From the NCBI GenBank assembly GCA_037447605.1, contig CM074822.1, forward strand, positions 1,635,492-1,699,491: 64,000 nt of DNA, written 5' to 3'. The notes under the pieces are model-generated. The model searched no databases. It was not told the origin of the DNA and was given only the letters and a program-made list of their open reading frames with translations. Below, piece by piece: positions 37,123 through 46,719 of this stretch; positions within the stretch are counted from its first letter, which is position 1; every line of letters begins with the position of its first letter. The position numbers and the translations under genes were made by a program. Origin of the DNA: Zygnema circumcarinatum SAG 698-1b (lineage: Eukaryota > Plantae > Zygnematophyceae).

Positions 37123-37770
37123 GAGCTGGTCGTTACACGTCATGCATGGAACGTACCGAACATTCGTCGGAAGTCCGAGCGGAGAAATGAGTCCTGCTAT
37201 GGCTTCGCCCTGCATGACATATTTGAGGGCGGACACATCCATGTACATGGGCATGGACATGGTGTCCGGCTCCACAGTGATCATGGCTGCTCGCATGCCC
37301 GCGTCCTGCTCCATGGAGGAACAAACCAACCTTAACTAGGCGTTTAGTCTGAGTTACTTACCAAAGAAGAAGGGGTTGCTTGAGTGAGAGGAGAAGCGAA
37401 GATGAGAGGGAGAGGAATTGTGTCAAAGAATACTTTTCATTCTTCGTGGTTAGCAATTGTGCCTTTTGTACAATTGCTTGGCTTGCACAACATGCATTGC
37501 ACATCTATTTGCCTGTTACCACATGTCCGAATCCTTTACGTAATGATGCTACTGCAGAGCCTTCGCAGCAAACATTAAGAAAAGTTACATTCTTATTCTC
37601 ACCCGGAGTATCTTAAATTTCTCACTAAAAACCTCGATACGCCCGCCTTCTTCCTGAATGTAGTCCTCCGGATCTGGAGCCATGAATTCAGACTCGCTTT
37701 CAGCCATAGCTGAAGCAAACACGAGCCCAAATAGCACAACTCCAAGTAGGGCAAGGAAGCGGCGAGCCAT
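34938..37770 (-). CDS. Secreted legumin/11S-globulin-like bicupin (RmlC-like cupin); 7 exons
   Basis: Signal peptide MARRFLALLGVVLFGLVFASAMA; cupin 1 (MSMPMYMDVSALKYVMQGEAIAGLI...IKKGDVIAVPKGWTWWVWN...FYLMG...GFSKEMWARAWNV); cupin 2 (MMAPHFTSASRVIHFLRGRGRM...VVVPAMFPIA...LEWVSFSN...FLAGYNSLYRALPRQVLQRGWNV). The stop at 34938-34940 is assumed; a further 3' exon cannot be excluded. Confidence 0.88.
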
Positions 37771-37857
37771 GGCTGCTTGGACTTAGACCCTTTGGGAACC
37801 ACTTTGGTCGGCTGCAACAAGTTGCAAAGCGGCGCTTGCACAAATGAGCCGCCGTCG

Positions 37858-37980
37858 GGGTTTATAGCCGGCCGGCTTGCATGGCACGTGCGAGGCGGCG
37901 AGTTGATTGGTGGAGATGTCCTTTGCCATGCATGTACGGTCAGTTGGCGCGCAGTGTTGGGCGCGCCGCCGGCGCATGCG
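37858..37980 (-). promoter_or_regulatory. Cupin proximal promoter: TATA, RY elements and G-box
   Basis: TATAAA (~37861-37866, minus strand), CATGCA (37879-37884), CACGTG (37885-37890) and CATGCATG (37927-37934). Confidence 0.65.
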
Positions 37981-38607
37981 GCCGGTCGACTCGCACGGGG
38001 CGAGGATAGGGTGTTGCTCGATGTCGACGGCGGCGTATGGGAGAGGGGGAGGGAGTACGGGAGATTGGGAAGTGGGAGGGAGGGAGGAGGGAGGAGGGAG
38101 GAGGGAGGAGGGAGGAGGGAGGANNNNNNNNNNATGAAAGATTGATGAAGAAACGAATAAGAGACAGAGAAGAGGAAAGGTAGAAAGGGTGGCGGGTGCT
38201 GGAAGGCTGGAGAAATATATATGTGTCATAAGGTATGAACCACTTGGCATGATGTGCATGCCGGAACAAAAACGTTCAGATACCATATAATAAAGAGAGT
38301 GAAGTGTCTTGTTTGCATAGCATAAATAGAATCTATAGAATATAATAAGACCGAAAGGTCTCCTCAAAGTCGAGCCCGTATAAGAGAATAGCAAGTCCCT
38401 AGAAAACTGGCCCTGACTTCCTGAATGGCTAACCAAACCGCGGCTTCTATTCACCCCAAAAAATGTTAAATCTTCATAAATAAATGTAAAGGAAAAAATG
38501 GGGATCCTACACCAGCCTCACATCCTATACCAGCGGTAACCGTAATTTACACGGAGACAAAAAAAACGACTTCTGATCTGAACAGTTAGAAAAAAAGTAT
38601 CCATTCT

Positions 38608-40667
38608 TTAGCCCACATAATAAAAGGGGTTAGGAAGCTTGAGAGTCCGAACACCGACCGAGTATCCCTCCAGATCGCTCCATTGATCCCCAATGTTCCC
38701 CAAAATCGTGAAGCCCTTCTGTTCTAGAAGTTGACGGCGATGGGATTTGTATTGGGCGGCCGGAAGCTTTCGTTCCTCCTCAGATCTACATGTACAGAAC
38801 AAGGGCAAAATTTTCAAGAAGGGACGGGGAAGGGTAGGGGGGAGAGGGAGGGTGGGAAGTTGAGGAAGCGGGAGGAGAGGGAGTGGGAAAGAGAGCGCCG
38901 CACATGGCCGAGGGGAAGGGGAGGGGGAGAGGGAGAGAGCGGGAGGGTAAGATAGAGAGGGAGAGAGAAAACGCGAGGGGGTGACGAGAGGGGAAGAGAG
39001 AGAGAGAGAGAGGGGGGGAGCGAGGGAGAGCCCAAATGGCCAGGTTTCTACAACACCCTTAGCCATAACATTTGTTACCTGAGATCTAACGATGTCCAAT
39101 TATGGTATCCCGCTTTCTCCAAGTTCCGAGCTGTTGCGGTTCGTTGTGACTCGTCCCGTCCCGTTATGAACGCAATGCTCCAGTTCCTTGCGAGCAGTTT
39201 GTTGTACAAAGAAAGCATGCTCTCAAAGGGCAGACCTGCCTCCTCTAAAACCCATTCATTCCACTCAATGGGGTCGAATGGCGTATTTCTGCATGCAGCA
39301 AAGAACTGATAAATCATTCACATGTGGTAAGACATTATGTCTTACTTAAATAAAATAAGCCATTCCTAACGATCCGCTTCAATTGATCCCACATAAGTGG
39401 TGTTTTAGGGTTTTAGGGTTTTTAGGGAAACCCTACAAACCTAACCCTAAAAACCCTAGAACCCTTTTTTTACGGTCAACTCTGAAAGGACGTACTGCTG
39501 CCTTTGCTTTTCCATATTCTAATTATGTGCCTCCTTTTGCTACTTCTATTGCTGCTTCTAGCTGCTGTTGTGCTGCTGTCCTGCCCTACATTAAGCAGGG
39601 AGTTACATGTTGTAAGACACTGCTGACATAATAGGAAGATACATAGAACAAAATTTCCAAAAGCACAGAATTTCATTCATAGACTGTCTAATGAAAGCTG
39701 GTCAAAGGACTCACCCATACTGCCGTACTTTATAGTACGGAAAGTTGGACAAAGCGGTTTCGTCAATGTCAAGTACAACCAAATCAGTGCCATCTCCCTT
39801 AGCCGGCGAGTTCAATAATACCTTTTCTATGTAAAAAAGGGCAACATCGTAGTCCAATTTGTACTGATGGGAGTCCACGTATCGCCTTACAGAGGCTTCA
39901 CAAGGAGGAAAAAACTGTTCTCTCCGTACTCCAACTGCATCCGCAAGCAGAATGGAACGGCATACAGAATGGCAGGCAGAGGTATCGCAGCTTTTTTGAA
40001 TATAAGAGGAATTTGTTCCACTCGTCATCATCGAAAAGACAGGATAGGGATAGTCACTGCTCGGGCGAGAGAGATGACCTAAATAATGGAACTGGAGAAG
40101 GAAGTCACAAGATGTATATATGTGTTAAGCAGTGCTTAAGAGAATCTCAGTTTACTCAAGAGAATGTCTCAGCCGTAAAATCCGTTGCAGATCCCTCCCT
40201 CCCTTCCTCCCTCCCTCCCTTCCTCCCTCCCTCCCTCCCTCCCTCCCTCCCTCCCTCCCTCCCTCCTTCCCTCCATTCCTCCCTCCCTCTGGCTGGGGTG
40301 GATGGGATTCAGTTCAAGCTTCGCTTATGGTAGTTCCTTGTTAAGAAATTTTCACTTCAAAGTCTCACAAATCAGTTTTAACCTAAAACCAACAAACATT
40401 CCCCTTTCAATGGGGTACAAATGCATTAATCTCTCAGAAGATGTGGAGATGTGCATAGGATCTGATGCATACCCCACACAATGCAGAGAGCACAATAATG
40501 CCTCCAAGGGCCGCAGATAGGAGCACTATCCACAACGAAGAGCAGAAACCTGCGCAAGCGATCAAAAAACATGACGCGAGTGAGCTGTCACGATTAGGGT
40601 TTGAGATGGAGGGAGGGAGGAGGAGAAAGTATGGGAGGGCCAATGGGAGAGGGCACAAGCAGAGCAG

Positions 40668-40707
<40 letters not shown>

Positions 40708-41061
40708 TCCGTTTGATCACAAAACATGAGGTGAATGAGCTGTCATGACTAGATTTTGGGATCGAGGGAGGGAGTGGGAGGAGGAAAGTGCAGGTGACGG
40801 AAGGATGGGAAGGGCGAAGGGAGAGGTGCAAGAACAATAGAGACTGTCTCTCTCTTTCTCTCTCTCTCTCTCTCCGTTTGATCACAAAACATAACACGAA
40901 TGAGCCGCTTACCTCTCCGTTTCTTTTTCGTTTCATTTCTTACCCTTTATGATCGGATATAATTTCAACCTTTAAGAATCAGGGCTTCCAGCATTTCGCG
41001 TACTTTAAAGACGTGAAAGCTTTAGGATTGTGTGAGTGTGCGTGAGGGAGGGAGTGGGAGA

Positions 41062-41157
<96 letters not shown>

Positions 41158-41166
41158 GAGCGCGAA

Positions 41167-41210
<44 letters not shown>

Positions 41211-41510
41211 TCCCTATTCTACTTGCGGTAGTCATCTCCCTCCATTCCAAAACCAAACCTAACCCAAAACGCTCAGCCTCCTCCCCTCCTAAACAAACCC
41301 TAACTGCAAACTGATCCATATGAACCCCCCCCCCCCTCCCCCTTCTTTATAAGCGTCAGCCGTTCCCTGCGCCGTACCGTTCTCCGTTCTCCGTTCCGCA
41401 GCTGATAACGGCTTCCCCATCAACGGGAAGCCGCTCTCCTGCCCTTTGGAGGGAGAGGCTCCGTCCATGGCTTCCACCTCCACAGGGCCGTCCGCGGCAG
41501 CCATGGCCAT
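38608..41510 (-). CDS. HAD superfamily IIIB (class B / VSP-type) acid phosphatase; 5' exons uncertain
   Basis: Motif I VLDIDETALSN with DxD intact, motif II FITGR, motif III K (AAQYKS) and motif IV GNIGDQWSDL, ending LKLPNPFYYVG*. A hydrophobic segment LWIVLLSAALGGIIVLSALCGVCI lies at ~40440-40550. Putative ATG at 41510. Confidence 0.87.
40560..40910. repeat. ~160-bp tandem duplication (about 2.3 copies) in an acid phosphatase intron
   Basis: AAAACAT...GAGC units start at ~40566, ~40720 and ~40886, the last two preceded by (CT)n-CCGTTTGATCAC. Confidence 0.8.
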
Positions 41511-41639
41511 GGCGGCGAGAGCTCCACGGTCTCTCTCTCTCGCTCGCTCTCTCACTCTCTCTCTCCCCTCTATCTCTCTCTCGACGACGGAAAGGGAATG
41601 GGGGAAAGGAAATGGTGGGCTCGGAAAACCTGGCTGCAA

Positions 41640-42200
41640 ATATGACGTCACTCAAACAGGGCCAGTTGGAAAAAGTGACGCCATACATGGAGACTTAGTG
41701 ATGATGGCGTCAACAAAGGGAGTCAGCTGCGTGGATGGCGTCAATTAATGAGGTCAATTGACAAAAATGGCGTCACACAACGGGACCAGTTGGAATAAAT
41801 GACGTCATATACGGAGACGTATTGGAGTCATGACGCCAGAAACGAGAATCAGTTGCGTGGATGACGTCACACAAGGAGACGAATTGGCAAATGACATCAT
41901 ACAAATGGAACCAGTTGGGAAATGACGTCATACCCGGAGACCGCCCATTAGAGTGATGGCATCATAAAGAAATTCAGTTGCATGGAGACGTCATATAAGC
42001 AGACCAGTTGCAAAAATGACGCTATACAAATCGGACAGTTGAACAGTCGGACAGTCGCTTCTACGCTTCTTCGGCGTGAAGCTGCGGTTGTTGGTGATCG
42101 TGTTGGTGGACTTCCGCCGCTCCCTCCTCGCGACGTGCCTCACATTGGTGACCTTCGCGGCTGCTTCTAGGGGCTGCGTTGTTGTGCCTAGGCGTAGTTT
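41640..42200 (+). repeat. TGACGTCA/CAGTTG degenerate tandem array, the left half of a dispersed host repeat
   Basis: About 13 units of ~28-30 bp alternating TGACGTCA-like and CAGTTG motifs. 42146-42197 matches the reverse complement of 9198-9258. Confidence 0.75.
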
Positions 42201-42656
42201 TCCGCTCCTAGCTTCGTTTTAGGAGAACTATATACCGCCCCCAATTTCTGGTTATCCCGCCCCGGTTTTTTTGAAATCCCAGTCTCCCATTTTGGCTATT
42301 CTGCCCCCCCTCCCAATTTAACTATCCCCCCCCATTTTGGATATTTCGGGAGGAGATTCTGCTCATTCTCTCTCGCTCCGTTGCTCTCTCCTCCTCCTCT
42401 AGTCTTTCTCTCCTCTGCTCTCACTCCTCTGCTCTCTCTCTCTCCTCTTCTCTCTCCTTTGCTCTCTCTCTCTACTCTCTCCTCTAGTCTCTCTCTCCTC
42501 TGCTCTCTCCTCTAGTCTCTCTCTCCTCTGCTCTCTCGCCTCTACTCATTCTCTCTCTCCTCTACTCGTCAAGAGAGAGAGAGATAGAGAGAGAGAGAGA
42601 GCAGAGAGCTTTCCCTCTCTTCTCTGCTCTGCTCTCTCTTTGCGAATGTCTTTACG

Positions 42657-43585
42657 TGTTGGTGTAACATAGTTAGCATGTTCCACGCTCGTGTTAGCGC
42701 TAGAGTTCCTAGGGGATGGCCTTTGTGTCGTTTAGTAGGAGGGGGCTGTTTGTCGGTCGGCGTACGACTCAGGCGCGCGGAGCGGCGCGGTGTACGGACA
42801 GGACCACAGTGGTCCGGCTCCGAAATCAGGATCGTACGGACGATAAGGACCGGATAGGTGTGACGGCGCGCGGCGTCGAAGGGACCCATCCCACGTAGGT
42901 TTTCGGGGCTAGGCATTACGGCTGCGCCTCTGAGGACGCGACATCGGATCTAGCTTTTGTATAACTGGCTGCATAAAATGGGACCACAAGTAGGACCACA
43001 AGTAGGACCACTTCTAAGTTAGGATCACAAAATAAGGGAGGTGGAGTAGTGTCACTGTGACTCATGATTTGTGAGTGCTTGTTGCAAGGTCCCGCGAGTG
43101 CGGCCGTGACGTGACGTTGTCACGTCACGTCTTGTATTATATAGTGTGTAGGATAGAAGGATATGAGAACCCTTCTCTTTGGACGGCAAGGCACTGCTGG
43201 TGTTACTGAGTGACTGCCGAGGAGGGAGCTGCTTCCGAACTCTTCATGCGTTGAAGAGGCTTCCTTGAAGAAGGAGGTAGTGTGGGAAGTAGCAGCCAAG
43301 AGTGAGCTTGGTAGAGGGAATAGAGGAAGTGGGCAGTCAGGCTTATGGGAGCCTGAGTTGTAATCTTCTCTGTTCTATTAAGGATTTTTAGGGCCTTGAG
43401 CTTTCTCCTTACTTTTCTCTCGTTCCGCATTCTGATTTGCTTTAAGGATTTGTGTGATTGTATTATCTTGGCAAAGAGATGGAGAGAAAATGTCTCATGA
43501 ATCATCGAGGGATGAGGGAGACAGTCAGTAGGGAAAGAAAAGAGTGGTGAGGAGTTCTGCAGAGGAACACCTCTCACTCTACCAA
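42657..43585 (+). repeat. Copia LTR 1
   Basis: TGTTGGTGTAACATAG start, near-identical to LTR 4 over the first ~550 bp; the 3' part is indel-rich. Confidence 0.9.
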
Positions 43586-43599
43586 TTGGTATCGGTCCA

Positions 43600-46307
43600 T
43601 CACGGGTGAAGAGGACTCTTCCCCGCTGTTCAGCATTCCAAAGATTTGATGGTACCGAATTATAAGTGCTGCGGAAGTGGCGTATGACTTACTTGCTCCA
43701 AGGGAAAGGTCCTGTTCCTACCACGGATCGGCAAAGCATAAAGATGCCGCACGCCAGACAAAACCCGGAGGACCACCGTGGTTGGGCGAAGGATAACAGC
43801 ACTCACGCCAGATAAATTTATGAGTGTGAAGGGAGTTCCACTCTCAAAGATGCTCTTACGACTCTGACCTCAAATTTCCTCATGAGGTTTGAAGTGTCTA
43901 GAGGAGATGTATGACACTAGGGACAGTTGTCACCATCGCTCATTTCCAGGCCACGAAAGTTAAAAAATGAAGATGCCCCTTCGATGAGAAGCTGGTAGAT
44001 TACATGACCAGGTTTGACAGTCTGATGACCAGATTCGTAGTCATGGGGAAAGGCTTAGAGTCAGATCATAAGGTCAGCCAATTCTTGGGGGGCCTGCCCA
44101 GTAGATTCGAGGCCACGACTACTGCACTTAGGACCGTGCTTGTGAACTCTAAGATGACGTTTGAGCAGGTCAAGAAGAGGATTCGTGAAGAAGACTCTTT
44201 GCAGGATGAGTCGAGCGGCAGCGAGAGCGTCTTGGCTATGCGAGCTAAGACCAAACTGAAAGGCAAGGAGAAGAACCCCCGTGGAGGAGATCGCCCACCG
44301 CCAACGTGCTACAACTGTGGCAAGATCGGCCATTACTCCCCCGACTGCCGGAGCAAGGCCCCTCAAGACAGAGGAGGCGATTCAAAGAACAAGAAGCTCG
44401 ACAAGTCGAAGAAGGAGAAGAAGGAGTTTTCTGGAACCTGCTACAAATGCAAGAAGAAGGGCCACAAGAGTGTGGACTGCAAGGAGGAGGCTGTTGAAAC
44501 AAGTCTGATGTTTGCTGACCGTAAGCATGCAGAGTTTGTGGGCCAGATGCAAGCAGGAGAGCTCGTGAGGCCGTGGCTGATCGACTCCGGAGCTTCAGCA
44601 CACATGTGTGCGAATGAGTCGATGTTTCAGAAGCTGACGACCCTCCAGTCCACTCGCTTGATTCAGTCAGCGACAGGGGACGGCATTGTCGTGACCCAAG
44701 GAGGAGAAGTCAGAATCTGCATAGGGGACAGTCAAGGTGCAGCACCTACCACCATTGGTAATGTGCTTCACACCCCTGGGCTCCAGACAAACTTCGTGTT
44801 TGTGAGTCAAGTGTGCAAGAAGGGCTATAAAGTCGTTTTCCTTGAAAAGGCGTGTGCAGCTACGCACATTCAGACNNNNNNNNNNTTGGAGTTGGACCGG
44901 TGGCACAGAAGACTTGGACACTTGGGGTTTCGCAGCCTGAAGGACCTTGCTAAGGGGATGGTTAGAGGACTTACCCTTGATTCAGAGAAGGTGGATGCAC
45001 AGCATGTGTGTGATGCGTGCATGGTAGGGAAGATTCATAGGCAGCCATTCGTGAGGAGTGGAGCTGTCGTGGAGCACGCCAAGGAGCTGCTGGCCTTGGT
45101 GCACACCGACTTGTGTGGCCCTGTGACTCCGACCAGCATAGGTGGGGGACAATACTTCATTACCTTCCTTGATGATTGCTCAAGAAAGATCTGGGTGAAG
45201 CTCTCATGAAGTCGAGGCTTCGAAGCCTTCTCGCAGAATGGCAGCCGCAAGTCGAGAGAGAGACCGCAAGAAGCCGGGCCTCCGTTCGCATAACGGAGGT
45301 GTGAGTTCGCCGCACAAAATCTCGCTGAGTACCAAGTCTCTTGGCGTTGTGTTCACGTAAATTCCTTCCGCCTGCACTTCCCTTTGTTAAATGGCTGCCG
45401 AGAGAGTCAACAGACCTTGCAGAGATGGCTCGTCCATAAGTGACCTCCATTTCCCAAATACCACCTTAGCGGCAGGCTGTGAACACAGCCGCTACATCAA
45501 GAATAGATGTCCATCTAGAGCCTTGAAGGATAGAGTTCCTGAAGAGGTTTGGAGTGGGAAGAAGCCAACCGTGGAGCACTTGCGAGCTTTTGGCTCACGG
45601 TGTTGGATGGCTGTTCCTAAGCAGAAGCAGAAGGGGAAGTTCGACTCCCGCTCCGAAGATGGTTTCTTACTTGGCTACAACTCTGATAGTCACACTTACC
45701 GGGTTTGAAACCCCGTAATGATGAAGATTCAGAGCAGCCGGGACCTGGAGGTTGACGAACTGACAAGGTGGGAGTTCGGCAAGCTTCCCGACGTCCCGGA
45801 GTTCCCTTCGGATGGGAACATGGTTGAGTTCATTTGGGAGGATGCAGGTGTTGGAGGGATTCCTCAGCCAGAGGGGGCAGATGGCTCCCCTAGTCATTCT
45901 TTTGCAGGAGATGCGCCCGATGAGCCCGAGGAGTCGGAAGGCTCGACTCAGAATGGGGGAGGACCTGCCGACGTGCAGGAGGAGCCAGAGGATTGGCTCG
46001 AGACCAGCGAGTCACCTCAGCCGATGTCGTCGGCATCAACTGTGCCTGTGGGATTTGACCCATATGCAGATGTGACCAAGGGTGTACCGCACCCTCACCT
46101 AAGCCTCTACCCCAGCCGACAACGAGGAGTGGACGTCCCGTGAAGGCACCTACTCGTTATGAGCCCGATGCAGTTTTTGGTAGACCTGCGCGCAGCTTGG
46201 CGCAGCGGAAGCATGCCCAGGATCGTGTACCCTTGGACTCTGCGGACCTTGCCGGCATTGCCTACTGCTACATGGCACGTGTGTCTGAACCTCAGTCCTA
46301 TCCAGAA
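43600..46307 (+). pseudogene. Copia internal region 1: gag, protease and integrase; truncated by an N gap before RT
   Basis: Two CCHC knuckles (CYNCGKIGHYSPDC, CYKCKKKGHKSVDC), protease WLIDSGAS, GAG-pre-integrase WHRRLGH and VHTDLCGP; frameshifts; N gaps at 44876-44885 and 46308-46317. Confidence 0.85.
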
Positions 46308-46317
46308 NNNNNNNNNN

Positions 46318-46719
46318 TCTTTGGACGGCAAGGCACTGCTGGTGTTACTGAGTGACTGTCGAGGAGGGAGCTGCTTCCGAACTCTTCATGCGTTGAAGAG
46401 GCTGCCTTGAAGAAGGAGGTAGTGTGGGAAGTAGCAGCCGAGAGTGAGCTTGGTAGAGGGAATAGAGGAAGTGGGCAGTCAGGCTTATGGGAGCCTGAGT
46501 TGTAATCTTCTCTGTTTATATTAAGGAGTTTTAGGGCCTTGAGCTTTCTCCTTACCTTTTCTCTTGTTCCGCATTCTGTTTTGCTTTAAGGATTTGTTGT
46601 TGTATTATCTTGGCAAAGAGAGTTGAGAGGAAATGTCTGCGACCATTGAGGATGAGGGAGACAGTTCAGGTGAAAGAAAGAGTGTAGAGGAGTCTGTGAG
46701 GAACACCTCTGCACCAACA
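46318..46719 (+). repeat. Copia LTR 2 (3' part only; 5' part lost in the N gap)
   Basis: Matches the 3' part of LTR 4, ends CCAACA and is followed by the PBS. Confidence 0.9.

Noticed and set aside
38124-38133. N runs here and at 44876-44885 and 46308-46317
   Set aside because: Assembly gap placeholders; comparison with copy 2 shows the 44876 gap hides ~90 bp and the 46308 gap probably kilobases.
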